From Myxococcales bacterium (GTDB taxonomy: Bacteria; Myxococcota_A; Polyangia; Polyangiales; DASUME01): a stretch of 64,000 nucleotides of DNA. Position numbers and translations under genes: made by a program. The stretch is from positions 2,944,001-3,008,000 of the forward strand of contig JASGJH010000001.1 in the NCBI GenBank assembly GCA_047601445.1, written 5' to 3'. Below are positions 28,004-37,407 of this stretch, piece by piece (position 1 is the stretch's first letter; each line of letters opens with the position of its first letter). A model generated the notes under the pieces. It ran no database searches and was not told where the DNA came from. It saw only the letters and a program-made list of their open reading frames with translations.

Positions 28004-28564
28004 ATGCGAGTTTTGTTGCCATGGTTGCGCGCCAGCTTGATGGGCGCGCTGGTGATGTTCGCATGGGGCGCGTTCGCGCACATGCTGTTGCTGAAGGGCG
28101 CCGGCTTCGCCCGCTTGGATCAGGAAGACGCCGTGATCACCGAGCTCGCGCGCGACATCGGCCGGGAGGGGCTCTACTTCTTCCCGAGCCTCGACTTCGA
28201 GCGCACCAGCACACCCGCGGAGAACGCCGCCTGGGAAGCGAAGTTCGCGCGCGGGCCCACCGGACTGGTGCTGTTTCATCCGGCGGGAGATGCGCCGGTG
28301 TCGCTCCGGAAGCTGACGCGGCAGTTCTTGAGCGAGTGGCTGGCCGCGCTCGTCGTGGTCTGGGTGCTGTCCCTCGTGGTGGCGCCGTACTGGAAGCGCG
28401 TCCTTTTGACAGGAGCGCTAGGCGCCTTCGCGTGCCTCTCGGTGAGTGCCCTGTACTGGACCTGGTATGGATTCCCCACGGCGTTCTTCTTGGCTCAGTG
28501 CGTGGACAAGGTGCTTGGCTGGACCCTCGCGGGTGCGCTGATCGCGCGGCGCCTGCCGGGCTGA
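28004..28564 (+). CDS. Hypothetical 4-TM membrane protein, co-transcribed with the ECF gene
   Basis: Starts 7 bp after the sigma stop; hydrophobic segments; GLYFFP and YWTWYGFP motifs. Confidence 0.75.
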   Translation: MRVLLPWLRASLMGALVMFAWGAFAHMLLLKGAGFARLDQEDAVITELARDIGREGLYFFPSLDFERTSTPAENAAWEAKFARGPTGLVLFHPAGDAPVSLRKLTRQFLSEWLAALVVVWVLSLVVAPYWKRVLLTGALGAFACLSVSALYWTWYGFPTAFFLAQCVDKVLGWTLAGALIARRLPG

Positions 28565-28579
28565 AGCCCCGCGTCTCGC

Positions 28580-29815
28580 TTACGGAGCAGGCTCCTGCGC
28601 GTGGGTGGTCGCTTGAGTGGCAGGCTCACCGTTCGCGGCGACGGGTGGATTCGCGGGCGTGAGCTGCTCGCTGCGTCCGCCTTCGTAGACCGCGATGGCC
28701 CAGAGCTCCGGTTCGTAGGCGCCGCCGGGCACGGACGAGTTCCAGTCGAGGTTGAGCCAGATGGGACATTCCTCGGAGCTGCGGTAGGCGATGGTGCTGG
28801 GAACCTTGCCGCTGATGTATTGCTTGAAACGCGTCTTGTAGTGGGTGATCAAGGCCTTGGCGACCTTGGGTGCCTCTCCCTGCACGCAGGCCTCGGCGTA
28901 GGCGTGACCGCCCTTCGGGCCGTCCATCATGATCACGCGCGCCTTGCCGCCGATGGCTGTGATCATGGAGACCAGCGTGATCGCGAAGTCGTCGCAGTCG
29001 CCGACGTAGCCGTTCTCGATGGTCTCCTTCGCCGTGGCGAAGTACTCGCGGCCCTCCGGGTCGTTCACGTAGCGCCAGCGCTGGCGCACTGCGGCCCAGA
29101 TCTCGGCGACCTGCTCCACATGGAACGGGCCCTGATTGCGCGCCGCGATCTTCACCGCCGTGTTGCGCGTGACCGGGTCCATGGGATCGATGGCGGCAGT
29201 GAGCTTGAGCACCGTGGGATCCGTCGACGGCTGCGCGCCCGGCTCGACCGGAGGCTTCGCCTCGGACGCTGTGGCGAGCGTGGATTCGGGACGCGCGCCC
29301 AGAGCGCCCGAAGACGCCAGCTGATACGCGGCACCGCAGAGACCGCCGATCACCACCAGTCCGAGCGTGAGCAGGAGCGGACTCACGGAGTTGCCGCGCG
29401 GCTTGGTATCCGTGCGCAAGGTGGCCTTGCAGGCCGGGCAGTGCAGCTCCTTGGGAACCGGTCCCGCGGCAAGTTGGCCGACGTGACCGCAGTTGCCGCA
29501 GACGAAGGATGGGGAGCGCATGGCGGGCATCACCAGTGTGCGCGCGCCCACCCCCGCCTTGAGCAAGACCCGCAGGCCCTCATGGCTCCAGGGCAGGACG
29601 ACCTCGCCGATGGTGATCTCTGCGCCCGGCCGCGTCTTCGCCTGCCGCACGCGCTGGCCATCCACGAACGTCCCGTTGGCGGACGAAAGATCTTCGACGA
29701 TCAGCGAGGTGCCGGACCAGGAGAGCCGTGCGTGGTGGTTCGAGACCGTCGGATGGTCGAGCACCACATCGTTGTCACTGGCTCGTCCGATCGTGGCGTA
29801 GATGCGTTTGGCCAT
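28580..29815 (-). CDS. FHA domain - Zn ribbon - TM - transglutaminase-like domain protein
   Basis: FHA: IGR..DNDVVL.HPTVSNHHA...DLSSANGTFVDG; CGNC...CPAC; TM; YVNDP, GDCDDFA, GHAYAE, WLNLDW. Confidence 0.85.
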   Translation of the reverse strand: MAKRIYATIGRASDNDVVLDHPTVSNHHARLSWSGTSLIVEDLSSANGTFVDGQRVRQAKTRPGAEITIGEVVLPWSHEGLRVLLKAGVGARTLVMPAMRSPSFVCGNCGHVGQLAAGPVPKELHCPACKATLRTDTKPRGNSVSPLLLTLGLVVIGGLCGAAYQLASSGALGARPESTLATASEAKPPVEPGAQPSTDPTVLKLTAAIDPMDPVTRNTAVKIAARNQGPFHVEQVAEIWAAVRQRWRYVNDPEGREYFATAKETIENGYVGDCDDFAITLVSMITAIGGKARVIMMDGPKGGHAYAEACVQGEAPKVAKALITHYKTRFKQYISGKVPSTIAYRSSEECPIWLNLDWNSSVPGGAYEPELWAIAVYEGGRSEQLTPANPPVAANGEPATQATTHAQEPAP

Positions 29816-29881
29816 CGAAGCCCTACTCTAGCGCGCCGAGCCGGGTGTCGTCGGCGGTCTGGCGAGAACGACCCAAGTCCC

Positions 29882-30685
29882 TCACTGGCAGGCCTTCTCG
29901 CAGTTTCCCGCGCAGCATTTCCGGGTCTGGCCCACGCACTTGTGGCCGCAACTTCCGCAGTTGTTGGTGTCCACCATCAGGTCGAAGCCCTCATCCACCA
30001 TGCCATTGCAGTTGTCGTCGGCGTGGTTGCAGAGCTCGGGCAGCATCTCGCAGCTGATGCCCGTGCCGGCATCTTTCCCCGCGTCGCTCCCGGCATCCAC
30101 GCCCGAAGGCGGCAGGCCGGAGTCGCGCTGCGAGGTGCCGGAGTCGACGTGAGTGCTCGCATCCATCTCCGCGAGAGAACCGCCGTCCCCGGAATGCTCC
30201 TCCTCGAACACCCGGGGCTCGTCTCCCGACCAGTCCTTGAGCGACACCGGATCCAGGTCCGCAGACTGGCAGCCGTACTCGGTGCAGGTCTGCTCTCCGC
30301 AAGACTGCGTCAGACAGGAACGCACCAGATGCATGGGTAGCACCAACGTATGGCCGGTTCGAAACGCGAGGTGCGCGTCCCGCTGCACGAGCACGCTGCC
30401 GGCATGCTTCCCGATCACGCGCACGTTCACAGGAGACAGGGGCCCTTCCTGGTGCACCAAGCCGAGGCTGCGCGGTAGCGCAGGTTGCCCGGGCCCCAAG
30501 GCAGCGGTCGCTTCCTGGCTCTTGCCGCCGGGACCATCGATGTGCATCACGATCTCGTCGAGCTCGTCTGGCACGCGCAGGTCGCTATCCACCACCAGCA
30601 TGATCTGGGTGCGCGCCAGCTCTTCCGGCGCGCATGCCGAGAGCCCCATCGCAACCAGCAGCGAACCTAGCCAACGCCTCACCAT
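29882..30685 (-). CDS. Myxobacterial lipoprotein with C-terminal Cys-rich repeats
   Basis: Lipobox GLSAC; TQIMLVVDSDL; ELCNHADDNCNGMVDEG and D.NNCGSCGHKC. Confidence 0.85.
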   Translation of the reverse strand: MVRRWLGSLLVAMGLSACAPEELARTQIMLVVDSDLRVPDELDEIVMHIDGPGGKSQEATAALGPGQPALPRSLGLVHQEGPLSPVNVRVIGKHAGSVLVQRDAHLAFRTGHTLVLPMHLVRSCLTQSCGEQTCTEYGCQSADLDPVSLKDWSGDEPRVFEEEHSGDGGSLAEMDASTHVDSGTSQRDSGLPPSGVDAGSDAGKDAGTGISCEMLPELCNHADDNCNGMVDEGFDLMVDTNNCGSCGHKCVGQTRKCCAGNCEKACQ

Positions 30686-31590
30686 GTGAGCACTCCGGTG
30701 TCGCCCTGCAAGGGCTCCTGATGGGTCTCGGCGGGCTTGGAGAGTATGATCGCGAGCGTGGCACCGATGCCCGCGGCGACGACGCCAGCGGCGATCCCAA
30801 TCCAGCGCCGCCGCTTGCGGCGCGCGTGATCCTCGTCGTCGCGCTGGCTGGAGTCCACGGTGAGCGCGGGGGGCGGCGCGGAGTCGCGCACGGTCGAGAC
30901 CTGGATTTGGGTGGCCTGTTGAAGGTCCGTGACCACCACGCTCACGTCCACCAGCGCCGCCGTGCCCACGGGGATGTCGATTTCGCGACGCGAAAGGGTG
31001 GTCTCCGCGCGGCTGGCCACGACCTCGTGCTTGCCGGCGGGCACGGCCTGGGGACGCCCCACAAGAACCGGGTCGAGCGGCACTCCGTCGACCTGAATGC
31101 CCAGGTCCGTCTGTGAGGCGCTGGTGATCACGGTCAGTCGGGCTACCTGGGTGTGGAGCGATGCCTCGAGCTGACGGGCGCGCTCTCGCACGGGCTCCGG
31201 CGTGGTCTCGTTGGCGAGCACGCTCTGACAGCGGTTGTAGGCCTCGTCGTACTGGTGCAGCTCGTAGAGCGCGGCGGCCAGGTTGTACTCCACGGGAGGA
31301 GCACTGCGAATGCTGAGCGCTTCGGAGAAGGCCTCGGCCGCAGCGGAGAAGTTGTGGCGCTCGGCGAGCTGCAGGCCGCGTTGAAAGAGCTGACGCGCAC
31401 GCTCGAGCTCGGGGTCGTTCGTCACGGCGGGTGGTGCCGACGCCGAGGAAGGCGAGGCGTGGTCGGGCTGGCCCGCATCCTGCGCGTGTGCGCCGCTCAG
31501 TGACGGCGGCGACAACAGGCACGAGACGCAGACCAGGAGCGAAACACGAGCAAAGGTCCGGAGCATGAGGCTTCGCGCGAATGCGTACAC
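30679..31590 (-). CDS. TPR + PEGA-like domain membrane-anchored protein
   Basis: Signal peptide AHAQ; ARQLFQRG...AAEAFSEAL...YNLAAA TPR; IQVDG...VPAGKHEVVA PEGA-like; RRRWIG-TM; start may be 31567. Confidence 0.85.
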   Translation of the reverse strand: MYAFARSLMLRTFARVSLLVCVSCLLSPPSLSGAHAQDAGQPDHASPSSASAPPAVTNDPELERARQLFQRGLQLAERHNFSAAAEAFSEALSIRSAPPVEYNLAAALYELHQYDEAYNRCQSVLANETTPEPVRERARQLEASLHTQVARLTVITSASQTDLGIQVDGVPLDPVLVGRPQAVPAGKHEVVASRAETTLSRREIDIPVGTAALVDVSVVVTDLQQATQIQVSTVRDSAPPPALTVDSSQRDDEDHARRKRRRWIGIAAGVVAAGIGATLAIILSKPAETHQEPLQGDTGVLTW

Positions 31591-31604
31591 GACTCGAGCC
31601 TAGG

Positions 31605-33308
31605 TTAGAAGCCCGGATCGGCGACGAAGCCAGGGGAGGAACGTCTCCGTGGCCGCGCGGGAGCAGGGGTGACGGGCGCCGGACGGGCGACAGGTGCATC
31701 GGGGCTTGCGGGTTCGACCTCGGCTGGCTCGGCGACTCGTGGTTCTGGAGCGGCTGCCACGGGCGCTTCCGGCGCCGTGGTCCGTGGCTCGGGCGCGGGC
31801 TGAGCAGGAGTCAGGCCCGGCACGGGGGCGGGCGCCGGCTGTGCAGCGGCAGGGCTCGGCGTGGCAGCAGCGGGCGGTTTGGCTGCGACCTGGGGCTCGA
31901 TGGCCCTCGAATCGGTGCGTGCCGTCCAGGCCAATAGGCCAGCCATCACGATCACCACTAGCGCCAACACGGGCCACAGACGGCGCCCGGCCGGGCGCGT
32001 CGACGGGAGCGCCTGCGGCGCAGCGTGGCTCGCCGGTGTGGGCAATGCTGGAACTTCCGGGACCGCCCGGACCGTCGACTCCTCCGCGAGCTGCTCGTTG
32101 CGTGCGAGTCGCTCGATGATCTCGGGGCTCGTATCCAGTCGAGGAGCATCGCTCTGGCCCTCGGGAAACAGGTTGGCCATCAGCGCAGCCACGTGGCGAT
32201 TGCTGACGACCTCCTGGGAGTGCGCCAGGAAACCCTCGAGCGCCTCCTGCAACTCGCCTGCGCTTTGAAAGCGCGCCGCCGGCTCGCGCGCGAGCGCCTT
32301 CTGTACGATGTCGTCGAGCTCGCCGGGTACGTCCGCGCGCAGCTTGCTCAAACTCGGGATCGGCTCCTTGAGCAGCGCCTTCAAAGTGGCGGTCAGGTTA
32401 TCGCGCCGAAAGAGTCGCGTACCACTGAGCATCTCGAACAGACATACGCCGAGGGCGAACACATCGACGCGCGCGTCGAGCGGCTTCTGCAGCACCTGCT
32501 CGGGCGCCATGTAGCCCATCTTGCCCTTGATCATGTCGGAACGAGAGTCGGCCTGCGGATCCGAGACCTGAGCTACCCCGAAGTCCAGCAGCTTCACGGC
32601 GCCGTCGTGGCGCAGCATGACGTTCTGGGGCGTGACGTCCAGGTGCACCACGTTGAGCGGGCGGCGTCGCGCGTCACGGGCCGTGTGAGCGTATTCGAGC
32701 GCTCCCGCTACCTGGGCCGCGATGCCAGCAGCCAGCACCGGCGAGAGCTTGATCTTCTTTCTCTCGAGCTGAGCGGCCACGTCGCGCAGCGACACACCGT
32801 CGATGTACTCCATCGCGATGTAGAAGTCCGTCTGCCACTTTCCGAACTCGTACACGTGACAGATGTTGGGATGCACGAGCAGGGAGGCCGTGCGCCCTTC
32901 ACGCAGGAACAGCTCCTCGAAGTAGCGCTCGTCGGCTTCATTCGTGGCCTGACGACGCAGGAGCTTGAGCACGGTGTGGCGCACGGTGCCGCTCTGCACG
33001 GTGTCGCGGCACAGGAAGATCTCTGCCATGCCGCCCACTGCGATGCGGCCCAGCACCTCGTAGCGCCCCAGCTTCGCGAGCGGCGGTGGCAGAGACAGTG
33101 AACGCCTGCCAGGCGCGTCCGATTCGGGCAGGCTCGGCTCGGGAAGCTCGGGCGCCGCGTTGTCGTTCGACGGCGCGAGCGCGACCGCCTCGCTGGGTAC
33201 GAGCGGAGGCCCCGGCACGCGCGCGCGCACGCCGCTGGCGCCCGTTGGACGCGAGGGTGCAAGGTCGCGCAGGTCGCGCGGCGATCGTTCCATCCGCTGA
33301 GGGTACAC
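31605..33308 (-). CDS. Eukaryotic-like Ser/Thr protein kinase with TM and Pro-rich C-terminus
   Basis: GRYEVLGRIAVGGMAEIF, VLK, HPNIC, MEYIDG, HLDVTPQN, DFG, GKMGYMAPEQ, DVFALG; start uncertain. Confidence 0.93.
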   Translation of the reverse strand: MYPQRMERSPRDLRDLAPSRPTGASGVRARVPGPPLVPSEAVALAPSNDNAAPELPEPSLPESDAPGRRSLSLPPPLAKLGRYEVLGRIAVGGMAEIFLCRDTVQSGTVRHTVLKLLRRQATNEADERYFEELFLREGRTASLLVHPNICHVYEFGKWQTDFYIAMEYIDGVSLRDVAAQLERKKIKLSPVLAAGIAAQVAGALEYAHTARDARRRPLNVVHLDVTPQNVMLRHDGAVKLLDFGVAQVSDPQADSRSDMIKGKMGYMAPEQVLQKPLDARVDVFALGVCLFEMLSGTRLFRRDNLTATLKALLKEPIPSLSKLRADVPGELDDIVQKALAREPAARFQSAGELQEALEGFLAHSQEVVSNRHVAALMANLFPEGQSDAPRLDTSPEIIERLARNEQLAEESTVRAVPEVPALPTPASHAAPQALPSTRPAGRRLWPVLALVVIVMAGLLAWTARTDSRAIEPQVAAKPPAAATPSPAAAQPAPAPVPGLTPAQPAPEPRTTAPEAPVAAAPEPRVAEPAEVEPASPDAPVARPAPVTPAPARPRRRSSPGFVADPGF

Positions 33309-33460
33309 GGATTCCTTGAGGCGCCGATCGCACGAATGAGGTCCTGCGAGTGTTTCTTACCGAACGGAATCGCAAGCGCGCCCACGCTCGCGCGTCAGTT
33401 CCTATGGTCGGCGCCCCACTCTCTCGCAGTCATGCACACATGACGGCCTGCACAGCGCCA

Positions 33461-34549
33461 CTAGCGCAGTTCGACGCCATGACCGGGGTCGCCAGCGAAG
33501 CTCAGCTCGGGTCCGCGCTCCGCATAGCCACCCGCGAATGGGTCGCTCGCGAGCAGAAAAGCCGTGTCGAGATCCACATAGTCGGCGCCGCCCAGCGCGC
33601 AGGCGAGATGTCCCATGCTCGCCATACCCAGACGCGTCTCCACCATGCCGCCGCACATCACACGCAAGCCGAGTTCCTGGGCCCGCTGGCCGATGCGCAG
33701 GGCCGCCATGAGTCCGCCGCTCTTGGCCAGCTTCAAGTTCACGCCCCCAGCCGCGCCAGCCGCGTATATGCGTTCGAGGTCCTCGAGGGTGCGCACGGAT
33801 TCGTCGGCCACCACGGGCACGGACGCGGCACGGCTCAGCGTCGCCATCCCGACCAAGTCATCGCGCGCGCACGGCTGCTCGAAGCACTCGAGGACGATGC
33901 CGGCGCGCTGGACGCGTTCGAGCAACCACAGGGCCTGATCGGCCGAGAACGCCGCGTTGGCGTCGAGCCGAAAGCGCGCGTCGCCGAGGGCCGAAGCGAT
34001 GTCCGTGAGGGCGCGTAAGTCCTGGTCGATCGCCTTGCCGATCTTCACCTTGAAGACGCGAAAGCCGTTGGCGTAGTGATGCCGCGCGAGCTCGAGCATG
34101 TGTGCGGGCTCCCCGATGGGAAGCGTGATGTCGGTGTAGAGCACGCGTGGTGGTGCACCCGTGAGGAAGCTGCACAAGGGCTGGCCGACCAGGCGCGCCC
34201 ACGCGTCGAGCAGGGCACATTCGAGCCCCGCGCGAGCCACGGGGCGTGACGCGAGGTCGCCCGTCTCGAGCTCCGTCGCGAGCTCTGCGCTGGTCGACCA
34301 GGCGCGCCCCACGAACGCTGGCACTGCGTCTTGTAGCGCTGCCAGCACATCGGGCTGGTCTTCCGCGGTGACCGGAGGTAGAGCGGCTGCTTCGCCGAGC
34401 CCGGTGGCCCGCGCACCTTGGGCGTTCGCGAGCGTCGCCCGCACCAGCACGGCGCGCGTGACGTCGATTCTACCCGTCGCGATCACGAAAGGTTCGAGCA
34501 GAGGCACACTCAGCGGTGTCACTTCGATCCGCTCGATGGTCACGCGCAT
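33461..34549 (-). CDS. Dipeptide epimerase (L-Ala-D/L-Glu epimerase, enolase superfamily)
   Basis: GLGEAA, TDIT, FKVKIG, DANAA, FEQP, ADES, NLKLAKSGG, GGMVE, DLD. Confidence 0.9.
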   Translation of the reverse strand: MRVTIERIEVTPLSVPLLEPFVIATGRIDVTRAVLVRATLANAQGARATGLGEAAALPPVTAEDQPDVLAALQDAVPAFVGRAWSTSAELATELETGDLASRPVARAGLECALLDAWARLVGQPLCSFLTGAPPRVLYTDITLPIGEPAHMLELARHHYANGFRVFKVKIGKAIDQDLRALTDIASALGDARFRLDANAAFSADQALWLLERVQRAGIVLECFEQPCARDDLVGMATLSRAASVPVVADESVRTLEDLERIYAAGAAGGVNLKLAKSGGLMAALRIGQRAQELGLRVMCGGMVETRLGMASMGHLACALGGADYVDLDTAFLLASDPFAGGYAERGPELSFAGDPGHGVELR

Positions 34550-34709
34550 GACTGCGCATTATAGGCGCGCTGCGCCGCGCGCAGGAAGGGCGCGTAGGGG
34601 GGCTGTGCCGCCGCGCGCGCATGCGCTGGATGAGCAGAGCCCCGATTCCCCCGGCGGAGGTGGTGCCGGCGGTGACCATGACGACGGCGGCGAGGCAGGC
34701 TGGACACAT
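34470..34709 (-). CDS. Small protein beginning MCPAC with hydrophobic N-terminus
   Basis: AAGGAGG RBS then MCPACLAAVVMVTAGTTSAGGIGALLI; 3' end overlaps the epimerase start by 80 nt. Confidence 0.55.
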   Translation of the reverse strand: MCPACLAAVVMVTAGTTSAGGIGALLIQRMRARRHSPPTRPSCARRSAPIMRSHARDHRADRSDTAECASARTFRDRDG

Positions 34710-34910
34710 GACGGGCCTCCTTACCGAGCACACGGGCGCGCGCTGACCAGTTGAAACGCAGTGTGGGTCATGACGTGTCTCCTTCCGCGGATGGTGAGCC
34801 GAGGTCTTCTCCAGGGATCTACGGCCACCCGAGGGATTGCGGGGAGTAACAAGTCCGGCGCGAACGGGGTCCACGCGTGGACACGCGCCCTGCTGGCGTC
34901 GATAATGGAG

Positions 34911-36131
34911 ATGATGGACACGCCGCTCGCCGCCGCCGCCCGCGCGCTCTCCGAAGGCGACCCACTGCGCGCGCTCAAGCACGTTGCATTGCGCGACGAC
35001 GCCCAGGCCGTGGCCATGCGCGCCACCGCACTGGCGCAGCTCGGCGAGTATCGAGAAGCCAGGGAACTCTTCAAGCGGGCCGCCAAGGGCTTCAGCCAGA
35101 ACCACGCCATCGCCCGTGCGCGCTGCGTGGTGGCGCTGGCCGAGGTCGCCCTGGCCATGCGAGAGCTCTCGGTGGCCGACGCGGGTCTCGGTCGCGCCAT
35201 CGAGGTGCTCGAGCGGCATGGTGACGCCGCCAACGCGCGCTACGCGCAGCTCCTCCACGCGCGCTACGCGCTGGCACTAGGGCACGTGGGGCTGGCGCAG
35301 GAGCGCCTCGCGGCCATCGAGGTCCCGAGCACCGCACACGTGCTGCGCGCCCTCACGGAGCTGACGCAGACCGAGGTGGCCGTGCGTCGGATGCAGCCCG
35401 CCGTCGCCAGGAAGGCCCTGGCCGCCGCTGGCCAGGCCGCGCTGCGCGCGCAGGTGCCGACGCTCATCGCAGAAGTGCGCACGGCCAAGCTCACGCTCGA
35501 GCGTCCGGTGGCGCGGCTCGTCGACGCGGGCAACAGCGAGCCGTTGGCGCTCGATCAGGTGGCGGAACTGCTGCAGGGGCCGCAGCTCGTGATCGACGCC
35601 TGCCGGCGCTGCGTGCGCCGCGGGGACCTACGCGTGTCCTACGCTACCCGCCCAGTTTTGTTCGCCCTGGTGCGGCAACTCGCAGAAGCCTCGCCCCGCG
35701 AAGTCAGCCGCGAAGCGCTGATCCGGGCGGCCTTCGGTATCCAGCGTCCCAACGACTCCCTGCGTGCGCGCCTGCGCGTCGCCGTGGGTCGCGTGCGCAA
35801 ACAGCTCGCCGAAGTGGCGAGCCTGGAGGCCACGCCGAGCGGCTTCGCGTTGCTGCCTCGTCAAAGCTCGCTGTGCGTCTTGCTTCCGCCCTCCGACGAC
35901 GCGACCTCGAGCCTGCTCGCGCTGGTCTCGGATGGCGAAGCCTGGTCCACCTCCGCGCTGGCGTTGGCGCTCGGGGCCAGCCAGCGCAGCGTACAGCGGG
36001 CCCTGGGCGCGCTGCGGGAATCAGGCAAGGTCGAGAGCGTTGGACACGGCAAGAATCGCCGCTGGCTCGCGCAGCCCATCCACCCGTTCGCGACACACAT
36101 GTTGCTCCCGCTGGCGTCGCCTCGTTCCTAG
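34911..36131 (+). CDS. TPR-like/HTH DNA-binding protein
   Basis: AAARALSEGDPLRALKHVALRDD..A.A.R..ALAQLG; RPVLFAL; DGEAWSTSALALALGASQRSVQRAL. Confidence 0.85.
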   Translation: MMDTPLAAAARALSEGDPLRALKHVALRDDAQAVAMRATALAQLGEYREARELFKRAAKGFSQNHAIARARCVVALAEVALAMRELSVADAGLGRAIEVLERHGDAANARYAQLLHARYALALGHVGLAQERLAAIEVPSTAHVLRALTELTQTEVAVRRMQPAVARKALAAAGQAALRAQVPTLIAEVRTAKLTLERPVARLVDAGNSEPLALDQVAELLQGPQLVIDACRRCVRRGDLRVSYATRPVLFALVRQLAEASPREVSREALIRAAFGIQRPNDSLRARLRVAVGRVRKQLAEVASLEATPSGFALLPRQSSLCVLLPPSDDATSSLLALVSDGEAWSTSALALALGASQRSVQRALGALRESGKVESVGHGKNRRWLAQPIHPFATHMLLPLASPRS

Positions 36132-36152
36132 TTTGGTGGCACCATTCATGGC

Positions 36153-36803
36153 ATGGCCAAGCACAAGCCCAGCGAGCCGGCCCAGGTGGTCCGCGAATAC
36201 GGTCCCTTCCGAGCCAACGAAGTCGTTCACGGCGTGAGCTTCGACGGGGAGCGCGTGTGGTTCGCCACGGGCAAGAAGCTGCGCGCGCTGGACCCTGCGC
36301 GCGGAGAGGTCACGCACGAACTCGATGCCGTGTGCGACGCAGGCACGGCGTTCGATGGCACGCACTTCTATCAGCTCGGTCAGGGCCGCATCCAAAAGCT
36401 CGACGCGCGCACGGGGGAGGTGATCGCCAGCTTTGCGTCCCCGGGCGAAGGCCGCGACGCAGGGCTGACCTGGGCCGAGGGCAAACTCTGGATCGGCAAG
36501 CACGACACTCGCAAGATCCATCAGATCGATCCGACCACGGGTGCCCTTCTGCGAACGCTCGAGTCCAACCGCTTCGTCACCGGCATTACCTGGGTCGATG
36601 GTGAGCTCTGGCACGGCACCCTGGAGCAAGGCGCGAGCGAACTGCGCCGCATCGATTCCCAGGGTGGCGAGGTGCTCGAGAGCCTCAGCATGCCCGCGGG
36701 GGTGCACGTCACGGGGCTCGAGTCCGATGGTGCCGATCTGTTCTACTGCGGCGGCGGCGAGAGCGGAAAGCTGCGCGCGGTGAAGCGCCCACGGAGTCGT
36801 TGA
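36153..36803 (+). CDS. Beta-propeller protein, glutaminyl-peptide cyclotransferase-like
   Basis: REYGPF, GVSFDGERVWFA, DAGTAFDG, GLTWAEGKLW, RFVTGITWVDGELWHG, GLESDG. Confidence 0.8.
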   Translation: MAKHKPSEPAQVVREYGPFRANEVVHGVSFDGERVWFATGKKLRALDPARGEVTHELDAVCDAGTAFDGTHFYQLGQGRIQKLDARTGEVIASFASPGEGRDAGLTWAEGKLWIGKHDTRKIHQIDPTTGALLRTLESNRFVTGITWVDGELWHGTLEQGASELRRIDSQGGEVLESLSMPAGVHVTGLESDGADLFYCGGGESGKLRAVKRPRSR

Positions 36804-37262
36804 TCACGAACGCGCGGCGCCGAGAGCACGGCGAACCAGCGGGAAGGGATAGTTCGCATAGCTGAACTTGCCGCAAATGAGACCCGCCTCGTCGAAGTGG
36901 AACACGTCGAGCCCCTCCCAGCCGAACTGCCTGCCCATGCCGAGACCGAGCAACGCATGCAGCACGCGCAGCTTGCCGAACGCTGGCTTGGCGGCACTCA
37001 AGTCATGGCGACAGGTCCAGCGGATGGTCATCTTGCGCGCGACCAGATCTTCGAAGCGGTCGTGCTCCTCGAAGTGCATTCGGCCGTAGGCGCCGCGGAA
37101 CTGGGGCTCGAAGGCCGCGCGAATCGCGCGCGGTCCGCGGTGCGCACTGCCATCACCGGGCAAATAGAGCGCGTCCGACGAGAAGAAGCCCATCACGGCG
37201 TCGAGATCGTTGCGGTTGAATGCGGCCACGAAGGCGTCGATGGTTTGCTGCTGCTGGTTCAT
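36804..37262 (-). CDS. SnoaL/NTF2-like protein
   Basis: FVAAFNRNDLDAVMGFFSSDA, HRGPRAIR, GLDVFHFDEAGLI. Confidence 0.85.
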   Translation of the reverse strand: MNQQQQTIDAFVAAFNRNDLDAVMGFFSSDALYLPGDGSAHRGPRAIRAAFEPQFRGAYGRMHFEEHDRFEDLVARKMTIRWTCRHDLSAAKPAFGKLRVLHALLGLGMGRQFGWEGLDVFHFDEAGLICGKFSYANYPFPLVRRALGAARS

Positions 37263-37407
37263 GGAGTCATCGCCTCAGAGCTCAAATCCGAATCCCTTGC
37301 AAAGTTGGACGCTCAAGCATGACTCGGCCACGGGAATTGCTTGCCTCACAGCGTGCTCGCGATGGAAGTTCGGGAGGCCGTCGTCCCGTCCGGCCTCGAG
37401 GTCGCAG

